64,000 nt of DNA from an uncultured Gemmatimonadales bacterium (lineage in GTDB: Bacteria; Gemmatimonadota; Gemmatimonadetes; Gemmatimonadales; GWC2-71-9): assembly GCA_963828735.1 (NCBI GenBank), contig CAWHFW010000005.1, forward strand, positions 2,048,001 through 2,112,000, read 5' to 3'. Below are positions 50,100-59,376 of the stretch, in pieces; the first letter of the stretch is position 1; each line of letters begins with the position of its first letter. A program made the translations under genes and the position numbers. The notes below the pieces were generated by a model. The model was given only the letters and a program-made list of their open reading frames with translations, was not told where the DNA came from and did no database searches.

Positions 50100-50185
50100 C
50101 GCCCTCGGCGCGTCGCGGTTCGATCTCAAGTACAGCGCGGGCAGGCTGCCGCACGAGGCCATGATGCGGAGCACCGAGGTGTACG
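50100..50185 (+). repeat. Displaced duplicate of an LLM 3' segment
   Basis: Matches 49221-49306 with 3 mismatches in 86 bp. Confidence 0.9.
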
Positions 50186-50620
50186 ACCGGACCTCTTGGC
50201 AATGAACTGGCCAAGGTGGAGCGGGAGAAATTGGAGGTGGCGGCGGAGACTTCGTTGACGCCGAGCAGCACCAGGGAAGCGCCGGCCTTGGCGGTCACGG
50301 CCGGCGGTCCAGCACGGTCAGGTGCCCGCAGCGCCGCGGCCACCGCCAGCAGCGCGCGGCCTGGGGCTAAACGGGGAGCGAACACGAGTATCTCCTGGCA
50401 GAGGGAAGGGTCGTAGAGGGCGTCTGGACCGCACGCGCCTTACCAGGAACTCGTAAATTGGCCCTCGAAACCGGACAGCCGCCTGACATGCTCACGGCCC
50501 GCCGTTTAGCCGCCACGGCGCTCGCTTGCGGCCCTCCCACGGCTACGCCGTCCGAGGAGGGTGTTCTGCGGATCTCGGTGACCCGATAGGCCCCGGCCCT
50601 GGCGCGGTTGGGCGCGCCGC

Positions 50621-51148
50621 CTAGCCCTCCCTGCTCGACGCTCGATCCACCGACCATTTTCCTCCGCCCCGCACCATCAACGCGATCGCCAGCGCGGCGG
50701 CCAGGATGTGGTACTCGAAGCCTTCCTGGCCTGCTGGGTACTGCCCGAACCAGTTCATCAAGAACCCGACCGGGGCGTGAACCGTGACGACCGCCACGAT
50801 CATGTTGCACAGGATGCCGAAGGCCGCGATGCGCGTCAGGAGTCCGGTGATCAAGCCCAACGAGCCTGCGAACTCCGCCGTGATGGCGAGGAAGGCGAAC
50901 AGCGCCGGGATGTGGGCCTGCTGGGTGAAGTACGCCATCGTGCCGCTGAAGCCGTAGCCGCCGAACCAGCCCAGCGCCTTCTGAGCGCCATGGGGGAACA
51001 TCACGACGCCGAGCGCAAGGCGGAGCAGGGTCGCGATCGGATCGTCGGTCGTGCCGACCAGCCGTTGCCGGAGGGAGCGAGCCCGTGCGGCCACCGGTCG
51101 CGAGGCCTGAGGAGAGACGGTGCGGCGATCGATCGTTGCGGAGGTCAT
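50621..51148 (-). CDS. DoxX family membrane protein
   Basis: LLRLALGVVMFPHGAQKALGWFGGYG, GFEYH, GGGKWSVD. Confidence 0.92.
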   Translation of the reverse strand: MTSATIDRRTVSPQASRPVAARARSLRQRLVGTTDDPIATLLRLALGVVMFPHGAQKALGWFGGYGFSGTMAYFTQQAHIPALFAFLAITAEFAGSLGLITGLLTRIAAFGILCNMIVAVVTVHAPVGFLMNWFGQYPAGQEGFEYHILAAALAIALMVRGGGKWSVDRASSREG

Positions 51149-51194
51149 GCGTTCCTCGCGGGTAGTCGTGAATATCGGTAGATTGCTCAACTAA

Positions 51195-51205
51195 TGACTA
51201 GTCAA
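51195..51205. promoter_or_regulatory. Putative MarR operator upstream of doxX
   Basis: Palindrome TGACTAGTCA(A); near copy TTGATTAGTCAA at 51730-51741 upstream of marR. Confidence 0.5.
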
Positions 51206-51225
51206 CTATCGACTGAAAAAAACAC

Positions 51226-51705
51226 TCAGGCGCCGTCCGCCAGGATCGTGTTGACGAGCCGAACCAGCTGGTTCACTTCCGTGCGGCTCAGCATGCCGAG
51301 GGCCCGGCGGTCCCACCGGTCGACGGGCTGGTCCAGCACCGCCAGCAGCTCGAGGCCGGCCGCGCTGATCCGGCACCAGACCCGCCGACGATCCTCGCCA
51401 TCGCGCTCCCGGCGAACCAGCCGCTTGGCCTCCAGCCGGTCCAGCAGCCGGGTGATCCCCGGAGCCTGCTGGATCATCCGCTCGGCGATCTCTAGGGTGG
51501 GAAGACCTTTGACGCCTGCGCCCCGGAGAATGCGGAGCACGTTGTACTGCTGCGGCGTGATCCCGTGCGGCTCCAGCAGCGGCGCCACCGACCGCTGAAT
51601 CCGATCCGCCGCTACCAGCATGCCCACCACCCCTTCCTGGGCGGGAGAAGGGAACGGGTGGCTCTGCTTGATGGCGCGTTGCACGTGACTGGTCCGTCTG
51701 GTCAT
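51226..51705 (-). CDS. MarR family transcriptional regulator
   Basis: ITPQQYNVLRILRGA, ITRLLDRLE, DRRRVW. Confidence 0.92.
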   Translation of the reverse strand: MTRRTSHVQRAIKQSHPFPSPAQEGVVGMLVAADRIQRSVAPLLEPHGITPQQYNVLRILRGAGVKGLPTLEIAERMIQQAPGITRLLDRLEAKRLVRRERDGEDRRRVWCRISAAGLELLAVLDQPVDRWDRRALGMLSRTEVNQLVRLVNTILADGA

Positions 51706-51733
51706 GGCGCCGAAGCTATCCCACATTGGTTGA

Positions 51734-52078
51734 TTAGTCAAGTATTTTGGCTCTCGCACGACTCTCGGCCCGGTATCGCCCTGGCGGCCGGCCCCTGAGC
51801 CGCGAGAACGCCCGCGAGAACGCGAACTCCGACTGATAGCCCACGCGGTGCGCGATGGTCCCCACCGCATCGTCCGTCTCGCGCAGATTCCTGGCCGCCA
51901 GCTCCATCCGCCACCGGGTGAGATAGGCCGGTGGCGCCTCGCCCACCAGGCCGCTGAAGCGCCGCGTGAGCGTCGCCCGGGAGAGGTTCGCGTGGCCGGC
52001 CAGCAGATCGAGCGTCCACTCCGCGGCCGGGTCGGCGTGCATGACGGTCAACACCCGGGCTATGATCGGGTCCCGCAG
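51734..52078 (-). pseudogene. AraC family regulator, C-terminal HTH half only
   Basis: LRDPIIARVL...WTLDLLA...SRATLTRRF...YLTRWRMELA...VGYQSEFAFSRAF; no N-terminal domain or credible start. Confidence 0.75.
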
Positions 52079-52107
52079 ACGTCGAGGGCAGCTTTCGTCG
52101 ACTCGCG

Positions 52108-52647
52108 TTACCGGACGATGATCGTTCCGGACATCATCGAGCCGTGCACGGCACAGTTGTACTGGTAGGTACCGGGCGCGGAGAACTGGACCTGATACGT
52201 GCTGCCGTCGCCCGTCTTGATCGCGCTGCTCGTGAAGGTCGAGGAGCCGATGGACTGGACGCCGAGGGACTGGACAGAGTGGGGAACGCTGCCCGCATTC
52301 GCCCAGGTCCACGTGACCGTGCCACCCACCGCGACAGTGTCGATGGCCGGGTTGGCCGACTGGTTGTGCCCACTCCTGAAGAAGATGTTGCCCACGGTGA
52401 TTGCCGCCGTGAGCGGAATCGTGCTGCCGCCGGTGCTGCCGCCGGTGCTGCCGCCGGTGCTGCCGCCGGTGCTGCCGCCGGTGCCGCCGCCGGTGCCGCC
52501 GCCGGTGCCGCCGCCGGTGCCGCCGCCGGTGTTACCGCCATTGTAGCCACCACCCGATCCGTTTCCGGAAGACGGGCTGGTGGGGGAATAACTAGAGCAC
52601 CCGACAAGCACGGCCAGGATAGCGGCCGTCAACAGTCGCCCGATCAT
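52108..52647 (-). CDS. Plastocyanin/cupredoxin-like lipoprotein with Gly-rich linker
   Basis: Lipobox LVGC; PHSV and YNCAVHGSMM type-1 Cu ligand pattern. Confidence 0.82.
   Translation of the reverse strand: MIGRLLTAAILAVLVGCSSYSPTSPSSGNGSGGGYNGGNTGGGTGGGTGGGTGGGTGGSTGGSTGGSTGGSTGGSTIPLTAAITVGNIFFRSGHNQSANPAIDTVAVGGTVTWTWANAGSVPHSVQSLGVQSIGSSTFTSSAIKTGDGSTYQVQFSAPGTYQYNCAVHGSMMSGTIIVR
52421..52528. repeat. 12-bp tandem repeat x9 encoding TGGG/TGGS linker
   Basis: 5x GTGCTGCCGCCG then 4x GTGCCGCCGCCG. Confidence 0.95.
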
Positions 52648-52891
52648 CTGATCCCCCCTCGTTTGAGCGCGATTCATGTACCTCTCGATGAAGGGGTGAA
52701 TATTGGAGCGCGACTGGCGATCAACTATCCGGCGTGCGGCCTGACTTCGATCCCACGATCGTTGGTCGGAGAGCATGCGGAGGAGGGGAAGGGGGCCTGC
52801 CAGAGGTCAGGGGTACAGCAACCGTGCGGGGCGACGGCAGCCACCCGCTTGCCCCCATTCACTGGTCGACTCGGCGGGCAAGCGCTTCGTC

Positions 52892-53542
52892 TCACTCCCG
52901 CGCCGAGGCCCGGTAGGCCTCGGCCTTGGCGCGGTTGCCGCAGACCGCCATGCTGCACCAGCGGCGCTGGTGCCCGCGGCTCACGTCGAGAAACCACACC
53001 GTGCATCGCTCGCAGCGTCGCACGTAGCGGAAGTCGGCCTGACACACGAGGTCGGCCATGGCATGCGCGATCGGCTGGAGCAACGCTTCCGGACCTCTCC
53101 ACCGCCGCTCCCAGTGCCACCGCAGCGCCGGATCGGCGGACGCCTCCGCTTCCGCGCCGGTCGCGACGCCGATCCGGGGGTAGGACGAGTCGTCGGCCAG
53201 CAGGCGATTCAGCGGCTCGAGCGCCCGCACCGCGCTCCTCGTGAGGGGCCGGCCCGCACGTCGCTGGACGAACCCGCGAAACCACTCCCGCAGCTCCCGA
53301 GCCCGCCCGGCAACGACGTCGAGCCGGGCGCCCGCCGCGCCGCGCCACGGCTGCGCGACCTCCGCCGGGACCAGCTGAGCCGTCACCAGCCAGCCCACCA
53401 GGTCCTCGCCGGTCCCCACCCACTCGACGACCTCGCCCGCCGGCGCGGCCAGCGTGTTCAGGAAGTCGAGCGCGCGGTGCTCGCCGAGGAAGAGGGGTGG
53501 CGAGGTCGCCCTGGGGACTGACGTCGCGGGAGCCGTCTGCAT
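52892..53542 (-). CDS. CGNR zinc finger / ABATE domain regulator
   Basis: ALDFLNT; VRRCERCTVWFLDVSRGHQRRWCSMAVCGNRAK. Confidence 0.9.
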   Translation of the reverse strand: MQTAPATSVPRATSPPLFLGEHRALDFLNTLAAPAGEVVEWVGTGEDLVGWLVTAQLVPAEVAQPWRGAAGARLDVVAGRARELREWFRGFVQRRAGRPLTRSAVRALEPLNRLLADDSSYPRIGVATGAEAEASADPALRWHWERRWRGPEALLQPIAHAMADLVCQADFRYVRRCERCTVWFLDVSRGHQRRWCSMAVCGNRAKAEAYRASARE

Positions 53543-53595
53543 GCCGAGTGCCCCTCCTGGCCTCCTGGCCTCTGAAATCCCTTGATCGGGAACCA

Positions 53596-53624
53596 TAACC
53601 TGAATAATAGCATTTAAGAGGTTA
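53596..53624. promoter_or_regulatory. Inverted repeat TAACCT-N17-AGGTTA between the CGNR regulator and divergent hydrolase
   Basis: AT-rich island with IR in the divergent intergenic region. Confidence 0.5.
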
Positions 53625-53670
53625 CTAGGTCCAACCAACTGGTTATCTCGAGCACAAGGAGGATGGGTTC

Positions 53671-54559
53671 ATGACCACGTATCGCCAGGCTACGGTCGAC
53701 GGGCACACGATCTTCTACCGCGAGGCGGGACGCCCGGATGCGCCCGCGGTGCTGCTGCTCCACGGCTTTCCTACCTCTTCGCACATGTTCCGCGACCTGA
53801 TCCCGCTGCTGGCGGAGCGCTTCCGCGTCGTCGCGCCGGACCTGCCCGGCTTCGGCTTCAGTGACAGCGCCCGATCGGGCGGACTTCCCGTACACCTTCG
53901 ACCGGCTCGCCGAGGTCATCGACCGGTTTACCGGCGTCGTCGGACTCGAGCGCTTCGCCGTCTACGTGTTCGACTACGGCGCCCCCATCGGCTTCCGCCT
54001 GGCGCTGGCGCATCCCGAGCGCATCACCGCCGTCATCTCCCAGAATGGGAACGCCTATGAAGAGGGGCTGAGCGAGGGGTGGAACCCGATCCAGGCCTAC
54101 TGGCGCGAGCCGACCGAGGCGCGGCGCGCGGCGCTGCGCGAGTTCCTGGCGCCCGAGGCCACGAAGGGGCAGTACACCTACGGTGTCGCCGATCCGAGTC
54201 TCATCGCGCCCGAGAGCTACACGCTCGATAGCGCCCTGCTCGCCCGTCCCGGGAACGCCGAGATCCAGCTCGACCTCTTCCTGGACTACGCGAGCAACGT
54301 GGCGCTCTATCCCCAGTTCCAGGCATACCTGCGCACGCACCGTCCTCCGGTCCTGGCGGTCTGGGGTAGGAACGACCCGTTCTTCCTGCCGGCCGGTGCC
54401 GAGGCCTTCCGGCGCGATGTGCCCGAGGCCGAGATCCGCTTCCTCGACACGGGTCACTTCGCGCTCGAGACGCACGCGGCCGAGATCGCGGCGGGGATCG
54501 TGGAGTTCCTCTCGCGGGTGTCGGCGCCGGTGTCGGTCAAGGAGACGGCTGTCGCGTAA
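53671..54559 (+). pseudogene. Alpha/beta hydrolase (epoxide hydrolase-like), +1 frameshift near 53866 (possibly sequencing error)
   Basis: [25 protein letters not shown] then next frame [28 protein letters not shown]. Confidence 0.88.
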
Positions 54560-54932
54560 TCAGGGTGGCGGCGGGCTCGAGTGTCCAGGAAGCCCGCCGT
54601 CGCTCACCGCTGGCGCCACCGCGATCGAGTTCGCCCGGCAGGCGGTGGTCGGCGGCGGCGCCTTCGCGATCCGAGGGGTGGCGCGTACCCGCAGAGGATC
54701 GATGGCCACGATCGTCCTGTGCTCCGCACGGCTGGCGGCCCGCCCATTCGGGGCGCAACCTCAGCGGGGGCGAGGCTGCTTGGGAGGTGAGGTCCAAGAG
54801 GCATCGACATCATCGAGCGCCGCGGCGCCGCGGGCACTCAGTCGCCGCAGGATTTCCCGTTGCGCGAAGAGAATCTGCTCTTCGGGCGTCCTGGCCGGGC
54901 AATCGGTCCACGTCAGCATGGGCGCACCTCTC

Positions 54933-55724
54933 TCACCGCAAGGCGTCGGAGAGGTCGGCGTCGCGGCACCTGGGCGTGCAGGCGGCATGGGCCTGGAGCT
55001 CCACGGCGCGGACGGCGACCGCCCTGATGTCGAACGTCACCCGATCCGCCACCTTCACCGCTCCGCCGGGGCCACCGCTGAACGGTTTGATCCCGAAGTC
55101 CGTCTGCTTGACCGAGAAGGTCGCCGCGGCCTCCAGCGTATCGACGCCGATCCGCGCGGTGACATCGATCGGCAGCTCCCGCGTCTGCCCCACCAGCGTC
55201 AACGCACCGATGATGTGGAACCCGTCGGCGCTCGGCGTCACTTTCCGGGACACGAGCCTGATCTCGGGGTACTCCGCCGTCCGAAGCACCTCGGTGCGCA
55301 TCGTCGCGGTAACCTTGCGGATCTCCGCCGTGTCCGGCGGCGTGAGGACCTCGAGGCTATCGGTCAGGACCGTGATGTCCAGGTGAGAGCTCGAGGGATG
55401 CCCGGGGTAGTACACGATCTTCCCCTGGAACCCCCTCGCCTGGACCACGTGCGTGTGGCCAGCGAAGCCGAACAGGCCCGCCTTGCCTGTCTTCACTTGG
55501 AGGCGGCTGCTCGAAGCCAGCCGATAGACCACGGAGTCAGCGGTCTTGAGACGCTCGTCGACTCCTCCGGACAGCTGGCGCCCGGAGTCGGAGATTTCGG
55601 GACCCGAGGTGGCCGGCGAGTCACCCCGCCGGGGCCCGTAGCTATCGGGCAGTTGTGCCTGCGCCTTCTCGCCGAACAGCCAGAGAAAGAGGGCGATGAC
55701 TAGGGTCGGTGGCATCGTTTGCAT
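54933..55724 (-). CDS. YceI family protein (secreted)
   Basis: Signal peptide; KAGLFGFAGHTH, EVLRTAEYPEI, GALTLVG, KQTDFGIKPF. Confidence 0.85.
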   Translation of the reverse strand: MQTMPPTLVIALFLWLFGEKAQAQLPDSYGPRRGDSPATSGPEISDSGRQLSGGVDERLKTADSVVYRLASSSRLQVKTGKAGLFGFAGHTHVVQARGFQGKIVYYPGHPSSSHLDITVLTDSLEVLTPPDTAEIRKVTATMRTEVLRTAEYPEIRLVSRKVTPSADGFHIIGALTLVGQTRELPIDVTARIGVDTLEAAATFSVKQTDFGIKPFSGGPGGAVKVADRVTFDIRAVAVRAVELQAHAACTPRCRDADLSDALR

Positions 55725-55733
55725 CCTTTTCGG

Positions 55734-56591
55734 TTATTGACCGAACGCGCGACGGATGACGAGCCGACCCGTCGCCGCGTCCGCCGCGTCCGCATAGACC
55801 TCGCCGGTGATGGCGAGGCGATCAGTGAGTTGCCACGCCGCGCCCCCGAAGAGGGCGACGCGATTGAGATTCACGGCCACCTTCGTCGCGTCGTTGTCGC
55901 CGAACTGGTTGGTGAAGTTCACCTGGAAGCGGGGTGCCAGCCGACTGTATCCCGACCCCACATACGGGCGCAGCCTGCCGCCCGCCATCGCCCAGCCGAC
56001 GCTGAGGTCGAGCCCCACGATGTTGGGCGAATAGCGGTCGTCCGAGACAGTCCCCTGGAAGCACTCGCTGCTCGGATCGGCGATGGCGCTCCGGTCACAG
56101 GTCACCGGCCCGCGAACCGATCCGAAAGTCGCGTGCGCGCGAATGGCCGCGGCGAGACCATCAGCCAGTCCGAAGCTCTTCCCCAGTGCCAGCCCGATCA
56201 GGTTGGCCTTCACTCCGTTCACCCGGATCGGCGGGATCCACGACACCTCCATCGCCAGCCCGAGCGGCAGCGGAAGGCCGATGCGAGGCCGCGCCAGGGC
56301 GGGGAGCAGGTCGGTGTTCTCCGGCCCCTTGCCTGGGCGACAAATGGTCGGCGTCGCCGTCGCGGGGTTCACCGACGACACGTTGGCCGCCTCGAGCCCG
56401 ATCGTGACCCGGTTCGGGCTCCCCGGAGCCGCCACCGGGCTGAATGCCAACGGGACCGAGAAGATGGCCAGCGTCTTCGCCTCGTTGGATTTCGGTCCCG
56501 GCCGGCAGTCGTATTGCGCGGCGAGTGGGGCAGGGAGCGCGTACAGCGCGCATGCCACACCGGCGAGTCGCACCCACCCGTACCCGGTCAT
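55734..56591 (-). CDS. Hypothetical secreted, possibly outer-membrane beta-rich protein
   Basis: Signal peptide ending LAAQ; ARPRIGLPLPLG; amphipathic beta-like C-terminus. Confidence 0.7.
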   Translation of the reverse strand: MTGYGWVRLAGVACALYALPAPLAAQYDCRPGPKSNEAKTLAIFSVPLAFSPVAAPGSPNRVTIGLEAANVSSVNPATATPTICRPGKGPENTDLLPALARPRIGLPLPLGLAMEVSWIPPIRVNGVKANLIGLALGKSFGLADGLAAAIRAHATFGSVRGPVTCDRSAIADPSSECFQGTVSDDRYSPNIVGLDLSVGWAMAGGRLRPYVGSGYSRLAPRFQVNFTNQFGDNDATKVAVNLNRVALFGGAAWQLTDRLAITGEVYADAADAATGRLVIRRAFGQ

Positions 56592-56884
56592 TGGGCCGTG
56601 ACCACGACCACGCCCGTCATCAGGTCGTCGTCGAGCAGCGCCGTAAGCAGGACTTCGTGCACCAGCCGTCTCGTACCGCGCATATCGAGCCCCTGAACAA
56701 GTCTTCGCGTGTGCCTTCCCCGACCGTGCCGACAATCTTGCGGTCGGCGCCTCCCGCAACCATTCCCGGCAGAGGGAGTCTCCCTCCTCCCGATTCGGGG
56801 ACTGCAACCCGGGCGAAAGTGTGGGTGCGGGATACCCCCTTCGGCAGGGATCTCCCGTTGCGGCCCCACGTCGCGGGCCCTACC

Positions 56885-57310
56885 ATGGCATCCATCGAGT
56901 GCAGCCCTCGGGTGGTGGACGCCCGCGCGCTTCGAAACGACCTGCGGCTGGCCATCGACACGATCCCGACGATCGTGTCGTCCACCAGCCTGACGGGACG
57001 GTGGACTGCATGAACCGCGCGTGGCGGGGTTTCACCGGCTTCTCGGCGGAGGATGCGGTTCGCGGGCAGTGGGTGGAGTCGCTCCATTCCGATGAGGCGG
57101 ACTGGGTGCAACCGTCACGCAACGCGGCGATCGCGGCGGGGAGAGCGTACAGCTGGACGCGCGGCTCCGCCGGTCGGATGGCACCTACCGGTGGGTCCTG
57201 CGCCGGGCGGTGCCGCTCCCGAAGGAGCGGGGCGACGTCGTGAAGTGGTACGGACGGGACCGACATCGACGATCTCAAGCGCGCCGAGGCGGCGCTGCGA
57301 GAGCGAAGGA
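56885..57310 (+). pseudogene. Decayed PAS-domain sensor fragment
   Basis: Pieces in different frames: LRLAIDTIP / DGTVDCMNRAWRGFTG...LHSDE / RLRRSDGTYRWVL..AVP...VKWYG / TDIDDLKRAE. Confidence 0.7.
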
Positions 57311-57384
57311 GGGAGCGAGTTACACGAAGGCGGAGCTAGCTCCCGCGTCCGGCCGCCGGCTCAACTCCAGGAGGGAAGCCTGCC

Positions 57385-58041
57385 GTGCCCGAGACTCCCG
57401 CCAGCGATCGTCTCGTCGCGCTGAGCCCCGCCCGCGTGGCCGCGCTCTGCGACGGCGTCTTCGCCATCGCGATGACCATCCTCGTCCTCAACATCACGGT
57501 CCCTACGCCCGCGAAGGTGCCCGCGGCCGAGCTGCCGGCCGCGTTGCGTCACCTCACGCCGCAGGTGCTGGCGTACGTCATCAGCTTCATCAACCTGGGT
57601 GTCCTCTGGGTCGGCCAGCACAACCAGTATCACTTCATCACCCGCGCCGACCGGTGGTTCCTCTGGATCAACATCGGCTATCTGCTGCTGATCTCGTGCA
57701 TTCCCCTGTCCACCGCCCTCGTCGGGTACTATCCGCTGGAGCGGCTCGCGCTGGCGGTCTACGGCGCCAACCTGCTCGTCGCGACGCTCGTGCTCGCGCT
57801 GCACTGGCAGTATGCGATCGCGGGCCGGCGACTGGTGGGCCCTCACCTCTCGCCGGTCGTCGTCCGGCTCGCGCATCGGCGCATGCTCGGCTCCTCAGGG
57901 GCGTACGCCGCGGCGCTGGTGCTCTCGCTCCTGGTCCCGGTGGCGGGGCTGGCGCTGTACCTGGTCGTGCCGCTCGTCAACGTGCTCCCGTTCGGGGTGG
58001 ATCGTCACCTGCATCAGGGCCCTGGAGGACGCGAGCCGTAA
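57385..58041 (+). CDS. TMEM175 (DUF1211) family channel-like membrane protein
   Basis: RVAALCDGVFAIAMTILVL, YVISF...W..HNQ, IPLST. Confidence 0.88.
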   Translation: MPETPASDRLVALSPARVAALCDGVFAIAMTILVLNITVPTPAKVPAAELPAALRHLTPQVLAYVISFINLGVLWVGQHNQYHFITRADRWFLWINIGYLLLISCIPLSTALVGYYPLERLALAVYGANLLVATLVLALHWQYAIAGRRLVGPHLSPVVVRLAHRRMLGSSGAYAAALVLSLLVPVAGLALYLVVPLVNVLPFGVDRHLHQGPGGREP

Positions 58042-58116
58042 GCCTGACGCGCCGGCATCTGCCGCACATCCACCGCTGCATGCCCCGAGCTCGGCTCGGC
58101 CACCATTCGGGAGCGC

Positions 58117-59046
58117 TCAGCTCCTCGTGCACCGCCGGCTCGGCGCCCTCGCCAGCGTGGCCGCGACGTCGCGCATCGCCTCCTGGTTGTCCGGCCGCGC
58201 CATGGCCTCGTCGTCGTACTTCCACATCAGCATGGCGCAGCCCGCCGGCCCCAGCGTCTTTCCCCAGTCCCGGATCTGCGTGGCCGTCATCCGGCACGTG
58301 GGCTCGCGCGTCCCGCGGCCGGCCGACGTGCCGGCCGGGCAGGCCCACCCCCCGTCGCGCGAGGCGCTCTCGCCGCCATTGAGGATGTTCATGCTGAACG
58401 CGACCCCGACCCCGTCGCGCTTCGCTTGCGCCAGCACATTGTCGCGCCACTCCGCGACGTTCCCGTTGGTCACCCGGTAGGCGTACTGGTTCAACACGTA
58501 GTCCACCACCCGGTACCGCTCATTCGCGCGCCACTGGTAGTACCCGGTCGGCCCGTGGCTCGCCCCCATCGGAAGCGTCGGGAAGTACTGCTTGGCGTAG
58601 GCCGCCATCGAGTCGAGCAGCGGCTTCGTCATGACGCCGCCCCACTTCTTGTTCTCGGGCTCGTCCAACAGCGAATTGCCGAGCACGGTCCCGTCCGCCA
58701 CGCCGGCGGCGATCGCCTCGCGGATCGGGCCGGTGTTGTACTGGTCGATCCGCCGCTCCCATTTGGTGAGATCGAACGCGCCGTCGGTGCTGTACTTGGA
58801 CTCGGCGCCACCGGTCAGGGCGAGGATCAGCGTCTGCTTCGCGGCGCGAGCGTTCGCGATCATCGGGATCACGGTCTCGGGCGACGTGAAGTTCTGGCTC
58901 GCCGTGAACGGGATCGCGGTCTCCATGGGTTGGGTGCCGTGCCAGAGCCCGAAGGGGCCGAACGGCACGCCCGGGGGGCCGGCGGACAGCAGGGCAAGCA
59001 CGCCCCAGGCGGGAAGTAGCGGGAAGACGACTGGTAGGCAGCGCAT
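58117..59046 (-). CDS. Hypothetical secreted protein
   Basis: Hydrophobic N-terminus; natural-looking globular sequence (GVPFGPFGLW, LLDEP, QY, GCAMLMWKYD). Confidence 0.7.
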   Translation of the reverse strand: MRCLPVVFPLLPAWGVLALLSAGPPGVPFGPFGLWHGTQPMETAIPFTASQNFTSPETVIPMIANARAAKQTLILALTGGAESKYSTDGAFDLTKWERRIDQYNTGPIREAIAAGVADGTVLGNSLLDEPENKKWGGVMTKPLLDSMAAYAKQYFPTLPMGASHGPTGYYQWRANERYRVVDYVLNQYAYRVTNGNVAEWRDNVLAQAKRDGVGVAFSMNILNGGESASRDGGWACPAGTSAGRGTREPTCRMTATQIRDWGKTLGPAGCAMLMWKYDDEAMARPDNQEAMRDVAATLARAPSRRCTRS

Positions 59047-59270
59047 GAGACGGTCTCGCGACAAGGGACAATCAAGCAATGCGGTGCGGAGGCTCATGGT
59101 CGCGGCAGCTCGGCGCTGGCGGCACGGCCACGGACGATCCGTCCCACGACCTCGACTACGACTGTGCAGACTTCCTTGGCGAGAAAACAGGTCGGTGCGG
59201 CGACCGGCACGCCTGGGGGAAGGGGCGTCGCCAACTGACCAAGCCACCACCCCCCAGCGACTTATCCGCG

Positions 59271-59312
59271 GTGATTCCGGGGTGATCCGCCCGTGACCGC
59301 CCCTCCCATATT
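59271..59312 (+). promoter_or_regulatory. Three GTGA boxes at 11-bp spacing plus CATATT -10-like hexamer
   Basis: GTGA at 59271, 59282, 59293; CATATT at 59307; mirrors 20657-20698. Confidence 0.55.
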
Positions 59313-59376
59313 CGCCCCCGTGCTCCAGGAGGTACTCGACCCAACTGCACCGGGACCACGGTCCCAGGAGATCCCG

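Noticed and set aside
50186..50400. Signal-peptide-like ORF remnant on the minus strand
   Set aside because: Too short and degenerate to assign; runs into the duplicated LLM segment
52421..52528. Tandem repeat as a CRISPR array
   Set aside because: No spacers; 12-bp in-frame coding repeat; no cas genes
54537..54918. Small minus-strand ORF MLTWTDCPARTPEEQILFAQREILRRLS
   Set aside because: Plausible RBS but no recognisable family and uncertain frame
56797..56870. Possible c-di-GMP-I riboswitch (GCAACCC...GAAA...GGG)
   Set aside because: Only partial resemblance, conserved flanking motifs missing; needs an Infernal/Rfam search
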